A DNA stretch of 64,000 bases from Anaerovibrio sp. (GTDB taxonomy: Bacteria; Bacillota; Negativicutes; Selenomonadales; Selenomonadaceae): assembly GCF_045637405.1 (NCBI RefSeq), contig NZ_JAZTZI010000124.1, positions 1,644 through 65,643 of the forward strand, given 5' to 3'. Within the stretch, counting starts at the first letter, position 1. Each line of letters begins with the position of its first letter. The notes beneath the pieces were generated by a model that saw only the letters and a program-made list of their open reading frames with translations, ran no database searches and had not been told where the DNA came from. Below, in pieces: positions 6,386 through 15,637 of this stretch. A program made the position numbers and the translations under genes.

Positions 6386-9076
6386 GTGGAGAATATGTTA
6401 ATGGATTATAATAAACAGCCGAACTATTTAAACGATAACCAGCTTGATGTGGTCAACGAATTAGATAACAATATTTTGCTGATTGCTTCGGCAGGTACGG
6501 GAAAAACCAATACATTAGCCTATAGAATAGCCCATATTATTAAAGAAAAGCGGGCGGAGGGCCGGGAAATTGTCTGTCTGACGTTTACAAATAAGGCCTG
6601 CAGCGAAATGAAAAATCGTGTTATGGAGGTGGTGGGGGAAGCCGCCAATGATGTTACCATCAAGACCTTCCATGGGTTTTGTTACGAAATTATCCGTCAG
6701 GAGTCAAAGCATAGAGATATTGGTATTTCAGCAGATTCCATCATTTATGATGAGGAAGACTGTCTTGAAATTATCAAAAATGTGCCGGAAATGGCAGATA
6801 TGGCTTCTCAAACCGGCTGGGCCGGGGCTATTCAGAAGATTATCGCCCTGGTGAAGGAGTATCGGGGAGAGTATGACTATTTTAGCGATGAGGCCGGTGA
6901 GGATTATCAGCGGGTTATTGACCGCCTGCTGATGGAAAACGGTCAAAGGTTTTCGGATGCCAGCCGTATTAATTGGAAATCATGCAACGCCCTTATTATG
7001 GAATTCCAGAATAGAGGCGGTATGCTGGTTTGTGCTTATGATAATGCCCTTAGAATGGCCCATGGCATGGACTTTTGCGATCTTATCAATATTGCCTATG
7101 AGCTTTTGAAAAATCCTGAAGTACAAAGGGCATGGAGCTCCTATTATAAATATTGGTGTATCGATGAGGTTCAGGATACCTCACGTTTGGAGTACAGTGT
7201 ACTGGAGCATTTATTTGGACAGAATAATGTTATTATGTGCGGTGATTTTTTCCAGACTATATATGAGTGGCGTGGCTCCCAGCCGGATTTAATATTTGAC
7301 AAATTTTATGGAGAGTATCAGCCACGGCTGATTGTGTTTAATAAAAATTATCGCTCCACAAGAATACTTTTGGACAGCTCATATCAGTATTTAAAAAAGC
7401 GTTTCCCGGATAAGGTTACAAACTTTTTTCCGGACGATGCCATGGCTATGAGTGATAATGAAGGGGAGAGAATTGTTCACGCCACCTTTAGGGATACATA
7501 TATAGAGGCTGACTGGATTTATAATACCCTCCAGCGTTTGCGACCTCAGGATTTGTCCAAGGTATGTATTTTGACCCGTTCCAATGTATATAATAAGCGG
7601 TTGTCAAATTGCTTCAGTAAGATTATGGAAACAAGACAGAGAAATCAGATGCTCCAAAAGGGAATATTTGAAGATTTCCCCCTTGAATTCATGCTGGTGG
7701 ACGAGTTTCATTTCTTTCGCAGGCAGGAAATAAAGGATGTTTTGGCTGTATTTAACATGCTGATTAACGAATGGGATGATACCAGTATTTGCCGTGTAGC
7801 TAAGGAATACGCCAAGGGTATAGGTGCCAGGACCATCGAAAAGCTACAGTCGGAGGAAGCCATGACCTTGGGGATTCGCCCCAGTGATATGATTCATCCA
7901 TCTACTATCAAATACGATGAACCCTTTGAAATGCTGCGCCGTGAGCTGGAAAGAGGCAATGTGGTGGTTTTTGATGTGGAATCCACCGGCCTGGACACTT
8001 CCAAAGATGAAATTATTCAGATTGCGGCAATACGAATTGATAGGACAGGAAAGGTTCTGGATAAGCTGAATTTATTCTTGAAAGCAACAAAGTCTGTGGG
8101 ACAGTCCGTAAATACTCATCATATTACTGATGAACAGCTGCAGCAGGAGGGTGTGGATCCTAAAAAAGGCCTTCAGAGGTTTTTGGCTTTTGCCAGGGAT
8201 AGCGTCATTGTGGGGCATAATGTTGGCTATGATTTGACAATATTGGCAAGCCAGTTTAATCGTTTGGGACTGGAAGGTTTGCAGTGTCAGGCTCATTATG
8301 ATACCTTGGATATTTTCCGTAGATTTTACCCGAAGCTGGAAAACCACAAGCTGTCTACAGTAGGGGAGTTTGTTAAAGTCAGTCATAAGTCAACCCATGA
8401 TGCCTTTGATGATATTTCGGCTACCGGGGAAATTCTTATATATGCAGTAAACAATAATATTATTGATGGTATAGATGAGCGGCGTCGTTTCTTTGCTAAA
8501 TATTCCAAGCTTTTTGCTCCTTTTGCGGACAAGATTAATGAATATAAGCGGGATATGTATGATATGAGACCGCATGACTTGATGAACAAGGTCATCAGGG
8601 AGGTGGGCATATTGGAGCGTTATACTAATGAGGATATACGAAATAACACCTCCAACAAGTCCAACGGTAAGGTAGGAAATCTTCGCCAATTATATCGCTT
8701 TATGCGGGAGCGGGACGACAAAAGTATGTCCTGTCTTGATGGTATAAAGAATCTGCTGACCCTTACATCCCTTTCCAATACTGAATTCGATCTTATGCTG
8801 GCATCCCATCCCAAGATTCCTATTATAACTGTCCATCAGGCAAAGGGACTTGAGTTTGATCAGGTATTCTTTGCAGGGCTCCAGGAAGGAGTATTTCCAA
8901 GTAAGTTCGCCATAGATGCGGATTATTTCGATGAGGAGGCCAGACTGTTTTATGTGGGAATTACCAGGGCGAAGAAGGCGTTGTATCTTACTTCTGCCTT
9001 GGAGCGGTCAAAAAACATCAATCCATGCAGGTTTATCTATTCCCTTCCTCAGAAAAATATTGAAAATTGTCAGTAA
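6386..9076 (+). CDS. UvrD/Rep/PcrA-type SF1 helicase with an inserted DEDDh (DnaQ/RNase T-like) 3'-5' exonuclease domain
   Basis: Walker A ASAGTGKTNT, DExx box IDEVQDTS, GDFFQTIYEWRG, NYRST, VHQAKGLEFD and YVGITRAKKALYL. Between them lie Exo I FDVESTGL, Exo II GHNVGYDL and Exo III HDAFDD (about 7950..8460). The start is ambiguous (GTG 6386, ATG 6395 or 6401). Confidence 0.85.
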   Translation: MENMLMDYNKQPNYLNDNQLDVVNELDNNILLIASAGTGKTNTLAYRIAHIIKEKRAEGREIVCLTFTNKACSEMKNRVMEVVGEAANDVTIKTFHGFCYEIIRQESKHRDIGISADSIIYDEEDCLEIIKNVPEMADMASQTGWAGAIQKIIALVKEYRGEYDYFSDEAGEDYQRVIDRLLMENGQRFSDASRINWKSCNALIMEFQNRGGMLVCAYDNALRMAHGMDFCDLINIAYELLKNPEVQRAWSSYYKYWCIDEVQDTSRLEYSVLEHLFGQNNVIMCGDFFQTIYEWRGSQPDLIFDKFYGEYQPRLIVFNKNYRSTRILLDSSYQYLKKRFPDKVTNFFPDDAMAMSDNEGERIVHATFRDTYIEADWIYNTLQRLRPQDLSKVCILTRSNVYNKRLSNCFSKIMETRQRNQMLQKGIFEDFPLEFMLVDEFHFFRRQEIKDVLAVFNMLINEWDDTSICRVAKEYAKGIGARTIEKLQSEEAMTLGIRPSDMIHPSTIKYDEPFEMLRRELERGNVVVFDVESTGLDTSKDEIIQIAAIRIDRTGKVLDKLNLFLKATKSVGQSVNTHHITDEQLQQEGVDPKKGLQRFLAFARDSVIVGHNVGYDLTILASQFNRLGLEGLQCQAHYDTLDIFRRFYPKLENHKLSTVGEFVKVSHKSTHDAFDDISATGEILIYAVNNNIIDGIDERRRFFAKYSKLFAPFADKINEYKRDMYDMRPHDLMNKVIREVGILERYTNEDIRNNTSNKSNGKVGNLRQLYRFMRERDDKSMSCLDGIKNLLTLTSLSNTEFDLMLASHPKIPIITVHQAKGLEFDQVFFAGLQEGVFPSKFAIDADYFDEEARLFYVGITRAKKALYLTSALERSKNINPCRFIYSLPQKNIENCQ

Positions 9077-9227
9077 ATAATAAAGTGGTAAAAATTGTTT
9101 TTTCGTATTTATTGCGAAAAATACCACAAATCAACAGATTTGTTTGATGATTTGCCTAGTATTTAAAGGGTTTGTATGCTATAATACCAAATAAGAGAAA
9201 TTCCAATAGAGAGGGAGGTATTATTTT

Positions 9228-10196
9228 ATGCCATTAGTTGATACCAAAGAGATGTTTAAGAGAGCATACGAGGGCGGCTATGCCATTGGTGCTTTCAATG
9301 TAAACAATATGGAGATCGTTCAGGGAATTGTTGCTGCTGCTGAAGAAACCCAGTCTCCAGTTATTCTGCAGGCTTCTGCCGGTGCCAGAAAGTATGCTGG
9401 TGCAGAGTACCTGTTTGGTTTGGTTGAATCTGCCCTGAAGGTCAGCACAGTGCCTATTGCCCTGCATTTGGACCATGGTGCAGATTTTGAGACCTGTAAG
9501 TCCTGTATTGATGGTGGCTTTACATCCGTTATGATCGACGGCTCTGCACATTCTTTTGAAGCAAATATTGCTATCACCAAGGAAGTTGTAGAGTATGCTC
9601 ATGCACACGGCGTAGTGGTAGAGGGTGAGCTTGGTCAGTTGGAAGGCATAGAGGATGATGTAAATGTGACAACTGGTTCCTATACCGATCCTGATGATGT
9701 AGAGGAGTTCGTATCCCGCACAGGCGTAGATTCCTTGGCTATTGCTATCGGTACCAGCCACGGCGCATTTAAGTTCAGACCGGAGCAGTGCACCAGAAAC
9801 GAGCAGGGTGTGCTTGTTCCACCAGATCTGCGCTTTGATATTTTAGAGGAAATTTCCCAGCGTCTGCCTGGATTCCCTATCGTGCTTCATGGTGCTTCCT
9901 CTGTTGTGCCTAAGTATGTGGAGATTATTAATCACTTTGGTGGTAATTTAAAGGATGCTATCGGTATTCCTGAGGATCAGCTGCGCAAGGCTGCCCGTAG
10001 TGCTGTTTGCAAGATTAATATCGATTCTGATATGCGTCTTGCCCTTACTGCTGGTATTCGTGAGCACATGGCCAAGTATCCGGAGCATTTTGACCCTCGT
10101 CAGTATCTGAAACCAGCTCGCCAGAATATTCAGGATATTGTTGCTCATAAGATCAGAAATGTTCTTGGCTCCGATGGCAAGGCAATCGACGTTTAA
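9228..10196 (+). CDS. fba: class II fructose-1,6-bisphosphate aldolase
   Basis: Typical class II FBA sequence (GYAIGAFNVNNME..., HLDHG, GELG, SHGAFKF, LHGASS). Confidence 0.95.
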   Translation: MPLVDTKEMFKRAYEGGYAIGAFNVNNMEIVQGIVAAAEETQSPVILQASAGARKYAGAEYLFGLVESALKVSTVPIALHLDHGADFETCKSCIDGGFTSVMIDGSAHSFEANIAITKEVVEYAHAHGVVVEGELGQLEGIEDDVNVTTGSYTDPDDVEEFVSRTGVDSLAIAIGTSHGAFKFRPEQCTRNEQGVLVPPDLRFDILEEISQRLPGFPIVLHGASSVVPKYVEIINHFGGNLKDAIGIPEDQLRKAARSAVCKINIDSDMRLALTAGIREHMAKYPEHFDPRQYLKPARQNIQDIVAHKIRNVLGSDGKAIDV

Positions 10197-10212
10197 TAGC
10201 TTAATATTTTTT

Positions 10213-10251
10213 AAAAAATGAAGGACCGGCCCGTGGGGCTGGTCCTTTTTG
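10213..10251. terminator. bidirectional terminator between fba and the rluA-family gene
   Basis: An 11-bp stem aaggaccggcc / ggctggtcctt (one G-U pair), loop cgtgg, with an A-run upstream and a T-run downstream. Confidence 0.75.
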
Positions 10252-10290
10252 GGTGCGTAAAAGCATCATTATGTTTTTTGTTAATTCAAT

Positions 10291-11208
10291 TTATTTGTAA
10301 AAGGCCTTAATCATATCCTGGGGAATATCTGAATACACAGAAACAGTTTCTCCGTTAAGTGGATTAAATACCTCCAGATGGTAGGCATGGAGGGCCTGAC
10401 GGTTGATTATATCATGATTACCGCCGTATAAATCATCTCCCAGTAGAGGAAATCCAATGGAGGCCAGATGAACCCTTATCTGGTGAGTCCGTCCGGTTTT
10501 CAGCTCCAGCTTAATAAGGGATTTGCCGTTATTGATTGCCACGGTTTCATAATGGGTTTCTGCATATTGACCATCTGGGGAGCAAATTCTCTGAATGATA
10601 CTGTCTGGGTGGCGGGCAATGGGTAAATCTATGATTCCCTTTCTTTGGGGCAGAATGCCATCAATCAGGGCAAAATAGCTTCTGTGAAAGAATTTTTGGG
10701 TAATATTATGCTCCTTCATATTTCCCTTTATGCGAGGGCCTGGCTGGGTAAGGGCACTTTGTAGCTGGGGCAGCTTGGCTATCACAACCAATCCTGTGGT
10801 ATTACGGTCCAGCCTGTGTACGGGATGAAAATCAATATCCTGCCCGGTTAGCTGGTAATAATATTTTAAGCCGTTTCCCAAAGTATTATCATGGTCACCG
10901 CCAGTGGGATGCACCAGAATACCATTTGGTTTATTTAAAATAATAAGGTAATCATCCTCGTAGCGTATGTCCAGGGGAATTCTTGCGGGAACAATGGAGG
11001 ATTCTTCTTCCAATATGCAGGTGATTTTGTCTCCTGACTTTACAGTTGCCATAGTGGCCTTAACTTTTTCACCATTAACTAAAATGGTTCCGTTCCATTT
11101 AAGACGTCGCCAGAGACCATGGGAGACTCCACAGCTGCTTCTAAGAAAAGCCCTGACCGATACAGGGGTCAGGGCTTCATTATCCTTAACTTCGTAAGTG
11201 ATGTTCAT
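10291..11208 (-). CDS. RluA-family (RluD-like) pseudouridine synthase with an S4 domain
   Basis: Contains the HRLDRNTTGL catalytic motif, KTGRTHQIRVH, and an N-terminal S4-like segment. Confidence 0.9.
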   Translation of the reverse strand: MNITYEVKDNEALTPVSVRAFLRSSCGVSHGLWRRLKWNGTILVNGEKVKATMATVKSGDKITCILEEESSIVPARIPLDIRYEDDYLIILNKPNGILVHPTGGDHDNTLGNGLKYYYQLTGQDIDFHPVHRLDRNTTGLVVIAKLPQLQSALTQPGPRIKGNMKEHNITQKFFHRSYFALIDGILPQRKGIIDLPIARHPDSIIQRICSPDGQYAETHYETVAINNGKSLIKLELKTGRTHQIRVHLASIGFPLLGDDLYGGNHDIINRQALHAYHLEVFNPLNGETVSVYSDIPQDMIKAFYK

Positions 11209-11209
11209 T

Positions 11210-12457
11210 TTAGTTCTCTCCGCGGAGCTTCTTGATTACATTGAAGCAGATGCTGAGAATAATTGCCACAACGGTAGCCAGGGACATACCGGCCAAGGTG
11301 GTAGAGCCAATGGTAATGCTGGCGGTAGATACGCCGATACCGAGAACGATAGCAGTAAGCATCAAATTAATTGGCTGGTTGTAGTCAATCTTGGCATCCA
11401 CCAGAACGCGGATACCAGAAGCGGCAATTACGCCGAAGAGCAGCATGGAAACACCGCCCATTACTGGAACAGGAATACTCTGAATTGCAGCGGACAGCTT
11501 GCCGAAGCAGGACAAAATAATAGCAAAGATTGCTGCGCCACCAATAACCCAAGTGGAAAATACCTTGGAAATTGCCAATACACCGATGTTCTCGCCATAG
11601 GTGGTATTAGGTGTGGAGCCGAAGAAACCGGACAAGATAGTGGAGATACCGTTACCGATAATGGAGCGGTCAAGTCCAGGATCCTTGGTAAGGTCAGCCC
11701 CTACAATGTTACTGGTTACGAAAAGATGGCCAACATGCTCAGCGATAACAACCAGTGCTGCAGGAAGGATAATGGTTATGGCAGTAAGATTGAATTCTGG
11801 GGTATAGAAGGTAGGCAGGGCAAACCATGGTGCCTTTTCAATACCGCTAAGGTCAACAATGCCAAAGCCCAGAGAAATGATGTAACCGCAGATTATACCA
11901 ATAAGAATTGGAATAATACCCAAAAAGCCGCGGAACACGATCTGGGAGAAAAGAGTAATGGCCAGAGTAGCAACAGCCACGATAATGTTGTTCATATCAG
12001 GTTCTGCTTCGGTGAGACCGGCCATCTTAGCCGCAGTTGGCATAAGCTCCAGACCGATAACGGCCACAATGGCGCCCATGGCAGCTGGCGGGAAGATGAA
12101 GTCTATCCAGGAAGTACCTACGGCTTTAACAATTAAGCCCACAATAACGAAAACAAGACCTACGGCAATGAAACCACCAAGAGCAGCCTCATAGTTGAAC
12201 TGGGATAATACTGCAAATACAGGAGAAATGAAGGCAAAGCTGGAACCCAGATATGCCGGAATCTTCCCCTTACATATAATCAAGTAAAGCAATGTACCGA
12301 TACCGTTAAACAGCAGTACAGTTGCAGGATTTACATTGAACAGAATTGGTACTAACACAGTAGAACCAAACATAGCAAATAAATGCTGTAAAGATAGCGG
12401 AATAGTTTTTGTAATAGGTGGCCTCTCATGGACCTGAATTACTCGATTCTCACTCAT
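11210..12457 (-). CDS. uraA: uracil/xanthine permease (NCS2 family)
   Basis: 12-TM NCS2-type sequence (LSLQHLFAMFGSTVLVP..., GENIGVLAISKV). It sits directly upstream of the rluA-family gene (1-nt gap). The track start at 12469 is a GTG overlapping the RBS; the ATG at 12457 is preferred. Confidence 0.85.
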   Translation of the reverse strand: MSENRVIQVHERPPITKTIPLSLQHLFAMFGSTVLVPILFNVNPATVLLFNGIGTLLYLIICKGKIPAYLGSSFAFISPVFAVLSQFNYEAALGGFIAVGLVFVIVGLIVKAVGTSWIDFIFPPAAMGAIVAVIGLELMPTAAKMAGLTEAEPDMNNIIVAVATLAITLFSQIVFRGFLGIIPILIGIICGYIISLGFGIVDLSGIEKAPWFALPTFYTPEFNLTAITIILPAALVVIAEHVGHLFVTSNIVGADLTKDPGLDRSIIGNGISTILSGFFGSTPNTTYGENIGVLAISKVFSTWVIGGAAIFAIILSCFGKLSAAIQSIPVPVMGGVSMLLFGVIAASGIRVLVDAKIDYNQPINLMLTAIVLGIGVSTASITIGSTTLAGMSLATVVAIILSICFNVIKKLRGEN

Positions 12458-12523
12458 TAATAAAAACACTCCTTTTAGTAAATAAACAAAAGTGGGTTCA
12501 AAAAAACCCTATAAGACTTTAAC

Positions 12524-12564
12524 ACAAAAAAAACAACTTGTCTATTAAACTTTGACAAGTTGTT
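12524..12564 (-). terminator. intrinsic terminator of the recombinase two-gene unit
   Basis: An 11-bp perfect stem aacaacttgtc / gacaagttgtt, followed on the minus strand by a T-run (plus-strand A-run 12525..12533). Confidence 0.75.
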
Positions 12565-12584
12565 CATGTATACATAATAATAAA

Positions 12585-13088
12585 TTATTTTCGCTGGTCC
12601 TTCAGATGGTCCTTCCAGTATTCCATATCCGGCTCACTAAGTGGCAATGATACCTTGTCACCATTGTCATAAGCGAACTGAATGGTAATAACCTCGGCCT
12701 TTCGCATGGAATCGAAGGATTCAGGAGGAAATTCCACAAAGAGCTTGTTGGTATTTTTTAAAGTGGTTTTGTCGTTATAGAATGCCAGGGAATAGCTCGG
12801 GGGAGTTTGGCGGACAGCAGCTTCCATGGTGTAGGTATCGTCATCGCAGATCATGGTCATAGCGGTCAGCAGATTGGCACTGGAATAACGATAGTCCTGA
12901 ATAGTGAGGGTGGCACTGTTAATCTTGCCATTTATATCTACTCCGGTCTGGAAGTCAATATCACAATAGCCGGAAAGATTATCCGCAGGGCGATGGTCAA
13001 AAACATAAGTGAACCCCCAACCAAAGCCACCTAACAAGATTAACATAATACCAATTCCCATAAAGAATTTACTTGGTGATTTAGACAT
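12585..13088 (-). CDS. hypothetical membrane-anchored protein
   Basis: 167-aa ORF with one N-terminal TM segment (FFMGIGIMLILLGGFGWGFTYVF). I recognise no family. Its start lies 8 nt after the recombinase stop. Confidence 0.6.
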   Translation of the reverse strand: MSKSPSKFFMGIGIMLILLGGFGWGFTYVFDHRPADNLSGYCDIDFQTGVDINGKINSATLTIQDYRYSSANLLTAMTMICDDDTYTMEAAVRQTPPSYSLAFYNDKTTLKNTNKLFVEFPPESFDSMRKAEVITIQFAYDNGDKVSLPLSEPDMEYWKDHLKDQRK

Positions 13089-13095
13089 TTAAAAA

Positions 13096-14112
13096 CTAAT
13101 CCTTTCTATGTGCAGGTCCAAACATACGGTTAAGAGGGTTTTCCTTAAAGAGATTACCCTGCTCAATATATCGGTGAACCATTTTTTCAGACTTATGCCT
13201 GGTTTGTCTCATAATGGAAAGTGCATCAAGGTCGTGCTGGGCTGCAGAGGTGGCGAAGCCACGACGCAGGCTATGACCAGCAAAATCATCAGGGTTCATT
13301 CCCAGCATGCCCATGTATTTTTTTACGATAATTGCCACTGATTTGTCGGAAAGCTGTGTTTCCCGTGGATCCAGGTTACGTTTAAAGCCTCTGAAAAGTG
13401 GCCCGTCCTTTATGTTTGCTGCCTCAATCCAATCCTGTACAGCAATTACAGCACATGTATGGGGATCAGGAGCGTATGGAATGGCAATTTGGCTTCCGTG
13501 TCCCAGCTGGTCACCCTTTGACTGAGGAATAAAAATAACCATACCCTGTGGGGAAAAGGTGATATCCCTAAGCTGTATAGCAACCAGCTCAGAGCGTCGG
13601 AAGGCACCCGCAAAGCCAAGAAATAATAATGCCTTGTCGCGAATGGATACCAAATCTCCTGCATCAAAAAGATCAGCCAAAAGGGACATAGTTTCCATCA
13701 GTATAGGGGCCTTGCCATGCTGGAAGGTACCCTTTTCCCGGCGAATGGCCTGCATGGCATTGCGAACCATACCGTCCTTGGCTGGGTTGTTGTCGTAAAA
13801 GCCAGCTGCAATATGATTTTCCGAAATGGCGGTAATGCGCCTGGAAACCGTATTGGCATGGGCATGGTCTGCCAAATCATTAATGTAGTTAACTATAGTT
13901 TCAGCTGTGCAAGGGAGAGGCGGTACCTCATGGGCCTCGCACCAGTCAGTAAAGTCATTCCAGTCAGCTGAATAGGATTTTATAGTATTATCAGCCTTGG
14001 ATTTACTCATCCTACGTTTACTTTTGGCAGACAGCTTTACATTTTGATTTATATTGTCGTTTTTATAAAGTAGAAAGTCATCACGAATATTCATAAACAA
14101 TTCACCATTCAT
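13096..14112 (-). CDS. tyrosine site-specific recombinase (Cre-like phage-integrase family)
   Basis: N-terminal SAM-like core-binding segment (TIKSYSADWNDFTDWCEAH). Catalytic region with FRRSEL (Arg), GHSLRRGFAT (His-x-x-Arg) and TRHKSEKMVHRYI (His ... Tyr). An alternative start is the ATG at 14094, which has a GGTGA RBS. Confidence 0.85.
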   Translation of the reverse strand: MNGELFMNIRDDFLLYKNDNINQNVKLSAKSKRRMSKSKADNTIKSYSADWNDFTDWCEAHEVPPLPCTAETIVNYINDLADHAHANTVSRRITAISENHIAAGFYDNNPAKDGMVRNAMQAIRREKGTFQHGKAPILMETMSLLADLFDAGDLVSIRDKALLFLGFAGAFRRSELVAIQLRDITFSPQGMVIFIPQSKGDQLGHGSQIAIPYAPDPHTCAVIAVQDWIEAANIKDGPLFRGFKRNLDPRETQLSDKSVAIIVKKYMGMLGMNPDDFAGHSLRRGFATSAAQHDLDALSIMRQTRHKSEKMVHRYIEQGNLFKENPLNRMFGPAHRKD

Positions 14113-14225
14113 ATTTTATACAAGAAAACTCTGTAAATCAATAGTAGTGCCTTTATCAAGGAGGCGTATAGGTGTATAATAGTAAAATATTGAAATATAC
14201 CATTAATGGAAAGGTTCTTGATAAA

Positions 14226-15005
14226 ATGAATTCGGAAAATCCTATAGGAATTATGGATTCAGGTATGGGTGGAATTAGTGTCCTAAGGGAAATAACCAAG
14301 CTTATGCCTAATGAAAACTATATATTTTACGGAGATTCCAAAAATGCTCCATACGGCAGCAGAAGTACCCAGGAAATATACGAGCTTACATCTGACGTGG
14401 TAGATAAAATGCTGGCTAGAGGCGCAAAGGCTGTTGTTATTGCCTGCAATACAGCCAGCAGTGCTGCTGGAAAGAGACTTCGGGAAAAATATCCTCAGCT
14501 TCCGATTATAGCCATAGAGCCTGCATTAAAGCCTGCTGTAATTAACTGTCCCGGAGGCAGGGTGTTGGTGTTGGCTACAGAAGCTACTCTTAGGGAGCAG
14601 AAGTTTGCCACATTAATGGAAACATGGAGGGACAGAGCTGAAATTATCAAGATGCCACTGCCTGGACTTCCTGAGTTTGTGGAACGTGGCGAACTGGATT
14701 CCCCAGCACTGAGAGAATTCCTTATGGGGTATTTCAGTAAACTGGATGGCAAGCAAATTGACGGGGTAGTTCTTGGCTGTACCCATTATCCTTTTGTGCG
14801 AAAGGTAATAAGTGAGCTTTTCGATAATAAGGTGAAGATATTTGATGGAGCTGCTGGCACAGCCAGACAGCTTAGAAGACGGCTGTATTCCAGAAATATG
14901 ATTAATACCTCTATGAAGCCGGGAACAATTACCTGGCTTAACAGCTCTGATGATCCTAAAATGATTGAGCTGTCAAAAAAACTTTATACTTTAAAGCTTG
15001 ATTAA
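14226..15005 (+). CDS. murI: glutamate racemase
   Basis: IGIMDSGMGGISVL, ACNTAS and GCTHYP motifs. The ATG at 14226 matches the usual N-terminus; the track start at 14172 is a GTG extension. Confidence 0.9.
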   Translation: MNSENPIGIMDSGMGGISVLREITKLMPNENYIFYGDSKNAPYGSRSTQEIYELTSDVVDKMLARGAKAVVIACNTASSAAGKRLREKYPQLPIIAIEPALKPAVINCPGGRVLVLATEATLREQKFATLMETWRDRAEIIKMPLPGLPEFVERGELDSPALREFLMGYFSKLDGKQIDGVVLGCTHYPFVRKVISELFDNKVKIFDGAAGTARQLRRRLYSRNMINTSMKPGTITWLNSSDDPKMIELSKKLYTLKLD

Positions 15006-15007
15006 TA

Positions 15008-15043
15008 AATATAGGCTGATGCATTTTTGCACCAGCCTATATT
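15008..15043. terminator. hairpin between convergent murI and chrA genes
   Basis: An 11-bp perfect stem aatataggctg / cagcctatatt. The flanking T/A-runs are weak. Confidence 0.5.
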
Positions 15044-15059
15044 CCTAAGTAGCATGTTT

Positions 15060-15623
15060 TTACATCAGTAAACCAAGAACTAATCCTGCAATTCCACTGC
15101 CAAACAGCAGGGTGATAACACTTACCTTCTTTTTTACAGCTATCATAGCAATTAATAAAATAATTATACCCTTAAAATCGAAGTCGGCAAAATTTGTAGG
15201 AACGCTTTCTGTGTTCCATACGGAAAGCCATATAAAGCTAAGGGCAGCGGTGCAGATGAGGGCAACCACAGCGGGACGAAGTCCGTTTAAGATTCCCTTT
15301 ATGGAACTGAGCTCACCATATTTTTTCATCAGATAGGTTATCAAAAGGCATAAAATAAGGGATGGCGTTACAAAGCCAAGGGTTGCCACAATGGCTCCCG
15401 GTGTCCCCGCAATTTTTGTTCCTACAAAGGTAGCTGCATTAATGCCAATAGGCCCTGGTGTCATTTGTGAAATGGTGAAAATATCAATAAATTCTGTCAT
15501 GGTAATCCAGTGATAATTATCCACAACGGCAGCCTGAATCCAAGGGAGGGAGGCATAGCCACCACCAACGCAGAACAGGCCAATTTTACAAAATTCCCAG
15601 TACAAAAGAAGTAATATATTCAT
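15060..15623 (-). CDS. chromate transporter (ChrA) family protein, second half-size subunit
   Basis: FCKIGLFCVGGGYASLPWIQ...MTPGPIGINAATFVG. The ATG at 15623 is preceded by GAGGAGG. Confidence 0.85.
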   Translation of the reverse strand: MNILLLLYWEFCKIGLFCVGGGYASLPWIQAAVVDNYHWITMTEFIDIFTISQMTPGPIGINAATFVGTKIAGTPGAIVATLGFVTPSLILCLLITYLMKKYGELSSIKGILNGLRPAVVALICTAALSFIWLSVWNTESVPTNFADFDFKGIIILLIAMIAVKKKVSVITLLFGSGIAGLVLGLLM

Positions 15624-15637
15624 CTGCCAGCCTCCTC

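Noticed and set aside
9086-9127. Hairpin gtggta...taccac after the helicase gene as an intrinsic terminator.
   Set aside because: The stem is A/U-rich with an internal loop, and it is followed by aaatc rather than a T-run on the plus strand. It may still attenuate transcription, but I do not call it.
11198-12136. 312-aa plus-strand ORF antisense to the uracil permease.
   Set aside because: It is the antisense shadow of a clear NCS2 transporter. The low-complexity Gly/Asn/Gln-rich translation has no family resemblance.
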